Below are positions 29,444-38,613 of a DNA stretch of 64,000 nt, one piece after another (positions within the stretch are counted from its first letter, which is position 1; each line of letters starts with the position of its first letter). The translations under genes were made by a program, and so were the position numbers. The notes beneath the pieces were generated by a model. The model searched no databases. It had not been told where the DNA came from and worked only from the letters and a program-made list of their open reading frames with translations. This stretch comes from Candidatus Solibacter sp. (GTDB lineage: Bacteria > Chloroflexota > Dormibacteria > DASZGP01). The stretch is from NCBI GenBank assembly GCA_035569605.1, contig DATMMS010000005.1, positions 20,990-84,989 on the forward strand. The letters are read 5' to 3'.

Positions 29444-29842
29444 GTGCTGCGCACCTACAGAGAGGTTTACGTGACTGAAGCGACTGTGGATTTGGTGAGT
29501 GCACGCCAGGAGCTGGAGGCGCAATTGGTGCGTCTTGACAGCGAGCTTGGCGAGCTCGAAAAGGGTCGAGAGAACGCCCGCCACAACGGCAAGGACGAGG
29601 TTGCCGGCTACGGCAATGGCGTTGGCGAGGCGGCCACCGAGACCTTCGAGGCCGAGCGTGACCTGGCTCTGATCGACAACCTGGAGCAGATGCGCAGCCA
29701 CGTCACCGAGGCGCTGACCCGCCTCGACGAGGGCACCTACGGCCTCTGCGAGTCGTGCGGCCAGGCAATTCCGCGGGAGCGGCTCGAGGCCCTGCCCCAT
29801 GCCAGCCAGTGCGTCGCCTGCAAGTCCAAAGAGCACCACTGA
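29444..29842 (+). CDS. DksA/TraR family C4-type zinc finger protein
   Basis: Coiled-coil N-terminus and a C-terminal CESCGQ...x17...CVAC four-Cys finger; located upstream of lspA. Confidence 0.7.
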   Translation: MLRTYREVYVTEATVDLVSARQELEAQLVRLDSELGELEKGRENARHNGKDEVAGYGNGVGEAATETFEAERDLALIDNLEQMRSHVTEALTRLDEGTYGLCESCGQAIPRERLEALPHASQCVACKSKEHH

Positions 29843-30347
29843 CGCCTCGCGCCCCGTCGCGGCCAAGACAATAGCCGCCCCGGCAAGACCCGCGCGCCAG
29901 GCGCAGCTTTACCTGGTCGCGGTGGCCGCCTTCAGCCTCGACCGCATCACCAAGGCGCTGGTTCAGCGCGACCTGCAGCTGGACGTGCCCCACGCGGTGA
30001 TCGGACGGATCGTGTACCTGACGCACACCCAGAACACGGGCGCCGCCTTCAGCTTCGGCGTCAGCTTCGGCACCTTCTTCATGCTCCTTGCGGCGGTGGT
30101 CAGCGCGGCCATCATCGTCTACAACCGGCGCATTCCCGCCGGCGAGATCTGGCTCCGGGTGGGCTTGGGATTGATCATGGGCGGAGCCCTGGGCAACGCC
30201 CTCGACCGCGCCGTGTCCGGCTCGGTCACCGATTTCATCGACTTGCGCTGGTGGCCGGTCTTCAACGTGGCCGACTCCTCGATCGTCGTCGGAGCCGTTA
30301 TCTCGTCGCTGCGCCTGTCGGCGCGAGCCGACCCGGCACGGGGCTGA
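29799..30347 (+). CDS. lspA: lipoprotein signal peptidase II
   Basis: 4-TM protein with conserved NTGAAFS and FNVAD motifs; start position is uncertain (44-nt overlap with the upstream gene). Confidence 0.75.
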   Translation: MPASASPASPKSTTDASRPVAAKTIAAPARPARQAQLYLVAVAAFSLDRITKALVQRDLQLDVPHAVIGRIVYLTHTQNTGAAFSFGVSFGTFFMLLAAVVSAAIIVYNRRIPAGEIWLRVGLGLIMGGALGNALDRAVSGSVTDFIDLRWWPVFNVADSSIVVGAVISSLRLSARADPARG

Positions 30348-30351
30348 GCCG

Positions 30352-31257
30352 GTGACCACCGAGACCGCCCTGGTCGCGGAGGCGCCGGCCGATCGACTCG
30401 ACGTTTTCCTGGCGGCGCATGGCGTGGTTCCCTCCCGCGCGGTGGCGACCCGCCTGGTGCGCGAGGGCGCGGTCCTGGTCAACGGCCGTCCGGCCCGTGC
30501 CAGCCGCTCGGTCAACACCGGAGATCGGGTCAGCGTCGCCATCCCCGATCCAACGCCGGCGGTGCCGCTGGCAGAAGACATCCCGCTGCGGGTGGTCTAC
30601 GAGGACGACGACCTGATGGTGATCGACAAGGCGGCCGGCATGGTGGTCCATCCCGGCGCCGGCCAGGCCGGCGGGACGCTGGTCAACGCCCTGCTCGCCC
30701 TGCACCAGGACTGGCCGACCACGGGAGGCCCTCACCGTCCGGGTATCGTCCACCGCCTCGACAAGGGCACCAGCGGCCTGATGCTGGTGGCGCGGCACGA
30801 CGCGTCCCATCGGCGCCTCAGCGCCGACCTCGCCGATCGCAAGGTCAGCCGCACCTACCGCGCCATCGCCCGGGGCAGCCTGACCGGCGAGGGGGTGGTC
30901 GACGGCGCCATCGGACGCGATCCGCGGAACCGCCAGCGGATGGCCGTCGTTGACGGCGGCCGCGCCGCGCTGACGCGGTTCACGGCCCTGGAGCCCCTCG
31001 ACGGCGCCACCTATCTCGAGGTCACCCTCGGCACCGGCCGCACGCACCAGATCCGGGTCCACCTGGCGGCGATTGGCCACCCCCTGGTGGGCGACACGGT
31101 ATACGGCCGCCGGCAGCCCGCCGCGGTGATCGATCGGCCGGCGCTGCACGCCTTCCGGCTGGCCTTCCGGCACCCCATCACTGGCGCGGCGATGGAGTTC
31201 GAGACGCCCCCGCCGGCGGACTTCGTCCGCGCCCTGCGCCTGCTCGAGCTGCATTGA
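30352..31257 (+). CDS. rluD: RluA/RluD family 23S rRNA pseudouridine synthase
   Basis: S4 domain N-terminus and an HRLDKGTSGLML catalytic motif. Confidence 0.8.
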   Translation: MTTETALVAEAPADRLDVFLAAHGVVPSRAVATRLVREGAVLVNGRPARASRSVNTGDRVSVAIPDPTPAVPLAEDIPLRVVYEDDDLMVIDKAAGMVVHPGAGQAGGTLVNALLALHQDWPTTGGPHRPGIVHRLDKGTSGLMLVARHDASHRRLSADLADRKVSRTYRAIARGSLTGEGVVDGAIGRDPRNRQRMAVVDGGRAALTRFTALEPLDGATYLEVTLGTGRTHQIRVHLAAIGHPLVGDTVYGRRQPAAVIDRPALHAFRLAFRHPITGAAMEFETPPPADFVRALRLLELH

Positions 31258-31835
31258 TGGCGCCTCCTGCCCGGGGCCTGCTGGTGGTGGTTTCCGGCCC
31301 CAGCGGGGTGGGCAAGGACAGCGTCCTGGAGCGCGTCTTCCATCGCGATCCAGGGCTGCGATACAGCGTCTCCTACACCACTCGCAATCCCCGCGCCGGC
31401 GAGGTCGACGGGGTCGACTACACCTTCGTCGGCGACGCCGAGTTCGATCGCATGGTGGCCGCGGGCGAATTCCTGGAGTGGGCCAACGTCCACGGTCACC
31501 GCTCCGGAACCGGCCGCCGGCGGATCGAGGAGGCGCTGGGGGCGGGGCAGGACATCGCCCTCAACATCGACGTGCAGGGCGGCACGGCGGTGCGCCGGCT
31601 GATGCCCGAGGCGCTGCTGATCTTCCTGGCGCCGCCAAGCCGAGAGGAGCTGCGGCGACGGCTGGCCGCGCGTGCCACCGAAGGCGCCGAAGAGATAGCT
31701 CGGCGGCAGGCCGATGCCGATATTGAGATGGGATACTCTGACCAGTACGACGCGGTCGTGGTCAACGACGACCTGGACCGCGCGGCGGACGAGGTGTTGG
31801 CCCTGATCAAGGAACGACGGGGGGAGAGCGCTTGA
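31254..31835 (+). CDS. gmk: guanylate kinase
   Basis: GPSGVGKDS P-loop and full length; ATGA overlap with the rluD stop. No rpoZ follows. Confidence 0.85.
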   Translation: MMAPPARGLLVVVSGPSGVGKDSVLERVFHRDPGLRYSVSYTTRNPRAGEVDGVDYTFVGDAEFDRMVAAGEFLEWANVHGHRSGTGRRRIEEALGAGQDIALNIDVQGGTAVRRLMPEALLIFLAPPSREELRRRLAARATEGAEEIARRQADADIEMGYSDQYDAVVVNDDLDRAADEVLALIKERRGESA

Positions 31836-33091
31836 ACTCACACCTGTCGCGCCGCGCCTTCAGCGGCCGTCGCGTCCTGGTGGGCGTTTGTGGCGGCGTG
31901 GCCGCTTACAAATGCGCCGACATCGTCAGCCGCCTGGTCCAGTCCGGCGCCGAGGTGCGCGTGGCGATGACGCCCGAGGCGACCCGCTTCCTGACCCCCT
32001 TGACCTTCGAAGCGCTCTCCGGGCAGCCGGTGGCCAGCGATCTCTTCGGCCGGCAGACGGCGCCCGGGCGCGAGGGGGGCGAGGTCCACATCGCGCTCTC
32101 GGATTGGCCCGAGGCGATCCTGGTCGCGCCCGCCACCGCCAACTTCATCGCCAAGCTGGCCCAAGGCCTCGCCGACGAAACCCTCAGCACCACCGTGCTG
32201 GCGTCGAACGCGCCCCTGGTCCTGGCGCCGGCAATGCACAGCCGGATGTGGAAACAGCCGGCGACCGCCGCCAACGTCGAGACGCTGCGGACCAGAGGCG
32301 TGGTCTTCGCGGGACCGATCGAGGGGCGGCTGGCCAGTGGCGACATCGGGATGGGACGCTTCGCCGAGCTCGACGACATCCTGCGGGCGGTTCGCGACGC
32401 GCTCCCGGGGGAGCGGGACATGGACGGACTCCGGGTCGTTGTCACCTCCGGAGGCACCCGGGAGCCGATCGATCCGGTCCGCTACATGGGCAACCGCTCC
32501 AGCGGCATGATGGGGCACTCGGTGGCCGCCGCCGCGGAGGCACGCGGCGCCGCCGTCACCCTGGTGACGGCTTCGGCGATGCAGGTCCCAGCCGGGGTCC
32601 TTGCTGTCCATGTGGACACCGCGGCACAGATGGGGGATGCCGTCCGAGCCGCGCTCGAGGACGCCGACTTGCTGGTGATGGCAGCGGCCGTCGCTGACTT
32701 CCGCCCGCGCCACGCCGCCGACCACAAGGTCCGCAAGGCGGAGATGAGCATCGATCTCGCGCTCGAGCAGACCGAGGACATCCTCGCTTCGCTGCCGCCA
32801 CCGGGGTCGGGCCGGCGCCTGGTGCGGGTCGGCTTTGCCGCCGAGACCCATGAGGTCCTCGCCAAGGCCAACGAGAAGCTGATCGCCAAGGGCCTGGACC
32901 TGGTGGTCGCCAACGACGTTTCCGACCCCACCATCGGCATGGGCTCGACCGAGAACGAGGTGACCATCCTCGGCCGGGACGGCAGCCGCAGGGAGGTCAG
33001 CCGGGCGCCCAAGGAGGAGGTCGCCGACGCCATCCTTGACGCGGCGCTGGAGGCGCTGCGGACCAAGGACCTGGAGGAGGAGGTCTCCTGA
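31832..33091 (+). CDS. coaBC: bifunctional phosphopantothenoylcysteine decarboxylase/synthetase
   Basis: Flavoprotein N-terminus (RVLVGVCGGVAAYK) and a DFP synthetase half, 419 aa. Confidence 0.85.
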   Translation: MNSHLSRRAFSGRRVLVGVCGGVAAYKCADIVSRLVQSGAEVRVAMTPEATRFLTPLTFEALSGQPVASDLFGRQTAPGREGGEVHIALSDWPEAILVAPATANFIAKLAQGLADETLSTTVLASNAPLVLAPAMHSRMWKQPATAANVETLRTRGVVFAGPIEGRLASGDIGMGRFAELDDILRAVRDALPGERDMDGLRVVVTSGGTREPIDPVRYMGNRSSGMMGHSVAAAAEARGAAVTLVTASAMQVPAGVLAVHVDTAAQMGDAVRAALEDADLLVMAAAVADFRPRHAADHKVRKAEMSIDLALEQTEDILASLPPPGSGRRLVRVGFAAETHEVLAKANEKLIAKGLDLVVANDVSDPTIGMGSTENEVTILGRDGSRREVSRAPKEEVADAILDAALEALRTKDLEEEVS

Positions 33092-33099
33092 CGCCCACC

Positions 33100-33246
33100 G
33101 TGGACCCAGACCAGCCGGCTCCCGACGACGACCTGCCGCCGCGCCGCGCCGGCGGACCCATCACCGACTACGGAGCCGCCCTCTTCCTGTTGGTGATGTT
33201 CGTGCTGGCATTGGGGCTGATGTACCTGATCGGGCGCGGCCGCTGA
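33100..33246 (+). CDS. putative 48-aa membrane protein (acidic/Pro-rich N-terminus plus one TM helix)
   Basis: GTG start. Sequence VDPDQPAPDDDLPPRRAGGPITDYGAALFLLVMFVLALGLMYLIGRGR. Its stop TGA overlaps the CTG that opens the priA frame (CTGA). It is below the ORF-track size cutoff. Confidence 0.3.
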   Translation: MDPDQPAPDDDLPPRRAGGPITDYGAALFLLVMFVLALGLMYLIGRGR

Positions 33247-35249
33247 GTCTCTACGCCCAGGTCGTCGTCGACCGCCGGACCGGACCGTCGCTCGAGTCCT
33301 TCACCTATGAGGTGCCCGAAGCGCTCTCCGGCGCCATCCTGGAGGGCGCCCGGGTGGTGGTTCCGTTCGGCAAGCGCACCGTCACGGGGTACGTCCTGGG
33401 GCTGAGCCCGACCTCGGATCACCCCTCGCCTCGACCGATCGAATCCCTGGCTGACGAGCCACCCCTGCTGCAGCGCTACCAGGTGGAGCTGGCGCGCTGG
33501 ATAGCGGCGTACTACGCGGCGCCGCTGGCGGAGACGGTGCGGGCGATGATCCCGCCCGGAATCCGCGCCCTCAAGGCCGGCAGCAAGCGAAAGCGGGGCC
33601 CTCGGGTCGAGAGCCGTGACCGTACCCTGGCGGCCGCCCACCAGGACGTTGCCGAGGCCAAGCTGACGGCGGCGCAGGCCGCCGCCGTCGCCGCTGTCGA
33701 GGAAGCGCTCGAAGCCCGCCGTGGACGGCTGCTGCTGCACGGCGTCACCGGAAGCGGCAAGACCGAGGTCTACCTGGAGGCGATCGCCGCCTGCCTGGCG
33801 CTGGGTCGCGGCGCGATCGTGCTGGTCCCCGAGGTCTCCCTGACGCCACAGGTGACGGGACGCTTCGCGGAGCGGTTTGCGGGCGCCATCGCCGTCCTCC
33901 ACAGCCGGCTGACCCCCAGCGAGAAGGCGCTCGAGTGGAACCGGCTGCGCCGGGGGGAGGCCACCGTCGCGATCGGTCCGCGGGCGGCGATCTTCGCGCC
34001 GATCCCCGACCTCGGCCTGGTGATCGTCGACGAGGAGCACTCGGTGACCTACAAACAGCTCCGCGTTCCGCGCTACCACGCTGTCGACGTCGCCCACCGG
34101 CTGGCGGAGCTGGCCGGGGCGGTGGTGCTGCTGGGGAGTGCCACCCCCAGCGTCGTCAGCTACGAGGCCCACGGTCGCGCCGAGGGCGCCTTCGATGGCG
34201 CCCGGGTCCTGGAGCTGCCGGAACGCTACGGTGGCGAGCCGCTTCCGGCGATGGAGCTAATCGACATGCGCCGCGACGACGGCTGGAGCTTCAACCGTCC
34301 GCTGGGGGAGAGGATGGTCGAGCTGTGCCGCGAGGAACTGGCCGCCGGCGGCCAGGTCATCCTCTATCTCAACCGGCGGGGGCTGGCCTGGTACGCGCGC
34401 TGCCGCAAGTGCGGCGAATCGGTCGGATGCCCCAACTGCAGCGTCTCGCTGGTGTACCACGGCGTCACCCGCACGCTCGCCTGCCATTACTGCGGCCACA
34501 GCCAGCCGCTGCCCACCAACTGCCCCAACTGCGACGCGCGCGACCTCCGCACCGTGGGGTTCGGCACCGAGCGCATCCAGGCGGAAGCCGAGCGACTCTT
34601 CCCTGGCGCCCGCACCCTGCGCCTGGACCGCGACACCGCCCGGACCCGGGACTCCTACTACGGGCTCTGGGAGGATTTCTCCCGCGGCCGGGCCGACATC
34701 CTGGTGGGGACGTCACTGGTGGCCAAGGGTTGGGACCTGCCCCGGGTCGGGCTGGTTGGTGTGGTCGATGCCGACCAGGCCCTTCAATATCCTGACTTCC
34801 GGGCCGCCGAGGACACCTTTGCCTCGCTGGTGCAGGTCGGCGGCCGCGCCCGTCGCAGCGGCTCCCGGGTGGCGGTGCAAACGATGAACCCGCACCACTA
34901 CGCCATCCGGCTGGCGGTGGGACACGATTACCACGGTTTCTTCGCCGAGGAGCTGGCGGTGCGCGAGGCGCTCAACTTCCCACCCTTCTGCCGCCTGGTC
35001 GACATCACGGCGTCGGCAGCCGACGACGAGCGCGCCCGCAAGGCCGCCGGAGACTACGCCGATGCCCTGCGCCGGCACCTGGGAGAGAAGGCTCCGGGGA
35101 CTGTCGTCCTGGGGCCCAGCCCGGCGTTCGTCCACCGCCTCCGGGGCGAGTACCGATGGTCGATAACGGTCAAGGCGGTCGATCTCGAGCCGGTCATGCC
35201 TTACCTCCCCGACGGGGGCAATTTCATCGTCGATGTCGACCCGCTGTAA
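33243..35249 (+). CDS. priA: primosomal protein N' PriA (apparent CTG start)
   Basis: SLYAQVVVD...SFTYEVPE aligns with the PriA N-terminus (E. coli MPVAHVALPV). Has the helicase motifs GVTGSGKT and DEEH plus a Cys-rich zinc region. No ATG/GTG/TTG is in frame near the N-terminus; the track's ATG 33036 would add 68 R-rich residues overlapping coaBC. Confidence 0.8.
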   Translation: MSLYAQVVVDRRTGPSLESFTYEVPEALSGAILEGARVVVPFGKRTVTGYVLGLSPTSDHPSPRPIESLADEPPLLQRYQVELARWIAAYYAAPLAETVRAMIPPGIRALKAGSKRKRGPRVESRDRTLAAAHQDVAEAKLTAAQAAAVAAVEEALEARRGRLLLHGVTGSGKTEVYLEAIAACLALGRGAIVLVPEVSLTPQVTGRFAERFAGAIAVLHSRLTPSEKALEWNRLRRGEATVAIGPRAAIFAPIPDLGLVIVDEEHSVTYKQLRVPRYHAVDVAHRLAELAGAVVLLGSATPSVVSYEAHGRAEGAFDGARVLELPERYGGEPLPAMELIDMRRDDGWSFNRPLGERMVELCREELAAGGQVILYLNRRGLAWYARCRKCGESVGCPNCSVSLVYHGVTRTLACHYCGHSQPLPTNCPNCDARDLRTVGFGTERIQAEAERLFPGARTLRLDRDTARTRDSYYGLWEDFSRGRADILVGTSLVAKGWDLPRVGLVGVVDADQALQYPDFRAAEDTFASLVQVGGRARRSGSRVAVQTMNPHHYAIRLAVGHDYHGFFAEELAVREALNFPPFCRLVDITASAADDERARKAAGDYADALRRHLGEKAPGTVVLGPSPAFVHRLRGEYRWSITVKAVDLEPVMPYLPDGGNFIVDVDPL

Positions 35250-35269
35250 CCGACGGGCGCTCCCGTCGG
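35250..35269 (+). terminator. hairpin after priA
   Basis: CCGACGGG-cgct-CCCGTCGG lies directly after the TAA. Confidence 0.35.
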
Positions 35270-35474
35270 CCGAACTCGGAACGACCGCGACGGAGTAACA
35301 AATCGGTCGATCGAGGTGACAATCCCCAACCCGGCTTGACCTCCGACCGTCGCATTGGTAGGGTGTGCGGCAATATCAGGCGCCTCGCGGTGGCAATTGG
35401 CCGTCGCACCCGAGCGGGAACTCAGGGATAGGCGTAGGGCTGCTGGACCACTTTTCGGAGGAACCATCCTGGGC

Positions 35475-36530
35475 TTGCGGACACGCTTGTTGATCGTCGC
35501 CGTGGGCGCGATCCTGGCGACCCCACTGACGCAGGCGGTTCCAGCCTCCGCTGACACCATCAGCAGCCTGATGGCTCAGCGCCAGCAGCTGCAGCAGCAG
35601 GTCAATGCCCTCGGCGGCGACAAGGCGCAGGCCACCCAGGCCCTGGTCGAGTCGCAGGCGGCGCTCCGCAACACCGAGGCCGAGGCGGCCGCCAACGCCG
35701 CCCGCCTTGCCGACCTGCAGCGCCAGCAGGAGAACCTGCAGACCAAGATCGACGCCACCAAGGTCGAGATCGACACCCAGCGGCGACTGCTGGGTGACCT
35801 GACCCGCGGCCAGTACAAGCAGCTGGGCAACAACGACTCGATCGCGGTCGTATTCTCCGCCGGCAGCTTCAGCCAGGCGGTCAACCAGGTGATGGCGGGA
35901 CAGAGCGTCAGCCGCCGGATCTCGGACGTGGCCAAGAAGCTCAAGGCGGACGAGCAGGCCGAGACAGCGATGGCCAAGGAGCTCGCCGCCAAGCGGGCCC
36001 TTGCCGACCAGGTCCAGGCTCAGCTGGCGCAGGAGAACGGCCGGCTCCTGGTCCAGGTGGCGCAGAACGACGCCGCTGTCAACAAGCTCGACGGCCAGTC
36101 CAGGAGCCTGCTTGCCCAGATCGCAGCGATCAACGCCAAGATCGCCGCCATCCAGGCTGCGTCACGGTTCTCTTCCGGCAGCGGCTCGGGCGGCGGGGGC
36201 GGCTCCTGCGGCAACCACTTCGACTACGGCTACTGCACCTGGTACGTCGCCAATCGCCGCTGCATCCCCTGGTTCGGCAACGCCTGGGAGTGGTATGGCC
36301 AGGCCCAGTCGTACGGCTACCCGGTCGGCAACCAGGCCCGCGTCGGCGCGGTCGCAGTCTGGAACCAGAGCATGGGCGGCGGCTACGGCCACGTCGCCTA
36401 TGTCGAGAGCGTCCAGGGTGACGGTTTCACGGTCTCGGAGATGAACTACACGGCCTGGGGCCGGGTCGATACCCGCTTCGTCCCGTACTCAAACCCAGGA
36501 CCACTGACCGGCTTCATCTACGGCAAATAG
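35475..36530 (+). CDS. secreted coiled-coil + CHAP-domain peptidoglycan hydrolase (PcsB-like architecture)
   Basis: TTG start with a GGAGGA Shine-Dalgarno. Signal peptide (LLIVAVGAILATPLTQAVPASA), a ~200-aa Q/A-rich coiled coil, a Gly/Ser linker (SGSGSGGGGGS), and a CHAP domain (CTWYVANRR...GYGHVAYVESV). Confidence 0.7.
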   Translation: MRTRLLIVAVGAILATPLTQAVPASADTISSLMAQRQQLQQQVNALGGDKAQATQALVESQAALRNTEAEAAANAARLADLQRQQENLQTKIDATKVEIDTQRRLLGDLTRGQYKQLGNNDSIAVVFSAGSFSQAVNQVMAGQSVSRRISDVAKKLKADEQAETAMAKELAAKRALADQVQAQLAQENGRLLVQVAQNDAAVNKLDGQSRSLLAQIAAINAKIAAIQAASRFSSGSGSGGGGGSCGNHFDYGYCTWYVANRRCIPWFGNAWEWYGQAQSYGYPVGNQARVGAVAVWNQSMGGGYGHVAYVESVQGDGFTVSEMNYTAWGRVDTRFVPYSNPGPLTGFIYGK

Positions 36531-36596
36531 CCCGGGCCGGCGGGCGGGCACCCAGATTCAGGGTCGTATTCAACCACCCTCTCGTAAGATTTAGTC

Positions 36597-37166
36597 ATGG
36601 TTCGTGAAATCGTGGTCGTGGAGGATCCGCGCCTGCGCACCAAGTGCCCGCGGGTGCCCAAGGTCGACGACTCCACCCGGAGGCTGATCGACGACATGGT
36701 CGACACCATGCGCGACGCGCCCGGCATCGGCCTGGCGGCGCCGCAGGTCGGCGTCCTGCTGCGGGTCATCGTCTGCGAGGTCGACGAGCACCTCCACGCC
36801 CTGGTCAACCCCGAGATCGTGCGGGCGGAGGGCGAGCAGGTCGGCGACGAGGGCTGCCTCTCGATCCCCGGCTACGTAGGCGAGGTCAAGCGCTTCGAGC
36901 GGGTGGTGGTCAAGGCAAAGAACCGCGCCGGCAAGGAAGTCCGGGTGCGCGCCGAGGGGCTGCTGGCCCGCTGCCTCCAGCACGAGATCGACCACATCGA
37001 CGGCATCCTTTTCACCGACCGGCTGACCAACCCCGACACCCTGCGCAAGGTCGCGCCCGAGGACGCCGGCGAGGCGGTCGCGGGGCCGGCCGCGGCCGAG
37101 GCGGTCGGCGTCGGAGCGGCGGGGACCGCCTCCGGCGCGGTCGGCGCCGAAGCGGCGGCGGTCTAG
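36597..37166 (+). CDS. def: peptide deformylase
   Basis: Has the GIGLAAPQVG, EGCLSIPG and HEIDHIDG motifs. Confidence 0.9.
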   Translation: MVREIVVVEDPRLRTKCPRVPKVDDSTRRLIDDMVDTMRDAPGIGLAAPQVGVLLRVIVCEVDEHLHALVNPEIVRAEGEQVGDEGCLSIPGYVGEVKRFERVVVKAKNRAGKEVRVRAEGLLARCLQHEIDHIDGILFTDRLTNPDTLRKVAPEDAGEAVAGPAAAEAVGVGAAGTASGAVGAEAAAV

Positions 37167-37195
37167 CCTTCACCTTCGGGGCCGGAGAAGGCCCG

Positions 37196-38137
37196 ATGCG
37201 CGTCGTCTTCATGGGAACTCCCGAGTTCGCGGTGCCACCGCTGCGGGCGCTGCTCGACCACCACGACGTCGCCCTGGTGGTCAGCCAGCCGGATCGCCCA
37301 GCGGGCCGAGGCATGAGCCTTCGCCGCTCGCCCGCCGCCGAGCTGGCCGAATCGGAAGGCGTGGATCTGGAGCTGCCGGGATCGCTCCGCGGCCCCGAGA
37401 TGTTGCAGCGGGTCAAGGCCGCCCATCCCGACCTGCTGGTGGTGGCGGCCTACGGCAGGATCCTGCCGGCCCCGATGCTGGAGGCTGCCCCGCTGGGTGC
37501 CATCAATGTCCATGCCTCGCTTTTGCCGCGGTGGCGCGGCGCGTCCCCGATCGCCGGCGCCATCCTAGCCGGCGACGAAACGACCGGGGTCAGCATCATG
37601 CGGATGGAGGAGGGCCTGGACACCGGCCCGGTGCTGCTGCAGCGACCGGCGCAGATCGAGCCCACCGCTACCACCGGCGAGCTGACGCAACTCCTGGCGC
37701 TGCTTGGCGCCGGCGCCCTGCTCGAGGGTCTGGAGTCGATCGCGGCGGGCACGGCGGTCTTCACCCCCCAGGACCAGCTCGGCGCTACGCCCACGGTTTC
37801 GCCCCTGGTCCAGAAATCGGACGGCGACCTGGAGTGGTCCTTGCCCGCGACCCGGATCGAGCGAGCGATCCGCGCCTACGATCCCTGGCCCGGCGTTCGG
37901 CTGCGCCTCGACGGGGAGCGCGTCCGGGTGCGCAAGGCGCGGGTGATGCCGCCTTGGACGGCAACCGGCTCCGGAGGGGCCCCGGGGGAGGTGCTCGAGG
38001 TGGGGCCGGCGGGCCTCACGGTGCAGACCGGGGATGGGCCGCTCCTGCTCGAGGTGGTGCAGGCACCGGGCAAGCGAGCCATGCCCGCGGCCGAGTACGC
38101 GCGAGGCAGGCGCGGCCTGGTAGGGCGCGATGGCTGA
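37196..38137 (+). CDS. fmt: methionyl-tRNA formyltransferase
   Basis: MRVVFMGTPEFAVP N-terminus and the SLLPRWRGASPI motif. The track's 36644 start is an out-of-context extension across def. Confidence 0.9.
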   Translation: MRVVFMGTPEFAVPPLRALLDHHDVALVVSQPDRPAGRGMSLRRSPAAELAESEGVDLELPGSLRGPEMLQRVKAAHPDLLVVAAYGRILPAPMLEAAPLGAINVHASLLPRWRGASPIAGAILAGDETTGVSIMRMEEGLDTGPVLLQRPAQIEPTATTGELTQLLALLGAGALLEGLESIAAGTAVFTPQDQLGATPTVSPLVQKSDGDLEWSLPATRIERAIRAYDPWPGVRLRLDGERVRVRKARVMPPWTATGSGGAPGEVLEVGPAGLTVQTGDGPLLLEVVQAPGKRAMPAAEYARGRRGLVGRDG

Positions 38138-38591
38138 GGGCGAGCTCACGATCGCCAACAACAGGGCAGCCTTTCACGAGTACTTCGTGCTCGACAGGGT
38201 GGAGGCGGGCCTGGCCCTGTTGGGCACCGAGGTCAAGTCGATCCGCGAGGGCAAGGTCAACATCAAGGACGGCTTCATCCGGATCGAAGGCGGTCAGGCG
38301 TTCCTGGAGAACGTGCACATTCAGCCCTGGGAGGCGGGCAACCGGCAGAACCATGAGCCCACGCGGAGCCGGCGGCTGCTGATGCACAAGCGCGAGATCA
38401 TCGAGCTCTACAGCAAGGTGCGCGAGCAGGGGCTCACGATCGTGCCGCTGCGCCTCTACTTCCGCGGCGGCAAGGCAAAGATCGAAGTCGCGCTCGTCAA
38501 GGGCAAGAAGTCGTGGGACAAGCGGCAGGCCATCGCCGAGCGCGACGCCAAGCGCGAGATGCAGCGCGCCGTCCGTCGCGACAGCCGCTGA
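38130..38591 (+). CDS. smpB: SsrA-binding protein
   Basis: NRAAFHEYFVLDRVEAGLALLGTEVKS... is a classic SmpB sequence; its tmRNA partner lies 3.7 kb downstream. Confidence 0.9.
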   Translation: MAEGELTIANNRAAFHEYFVLDRVEAGLALLGTEVKSIREGKVNIKDGFIRIEGGQAFLENVHIQPWEAGNRQNHEPTRSRRLLMHKREIIELYSKVREQGLTIVPLRLYFRGGKAKIEVALVKGKKSWDKRQAIAERDAKREMQRAVRRDSR

Positions 38592-38613
38592 CGCTTCGGG
38601 GTATTGCCGGCTA

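Noticed and set aside
36644-37195. Track ORF 36644-38137 N-terminal extension of fmt overlapping def.
   Set aside because: Fmt's conserved N-terminus MRVVFMGTPEFA begins at ATG 37196. The upstream portion is an R/G/P-rich alternate-frame artefact across def.
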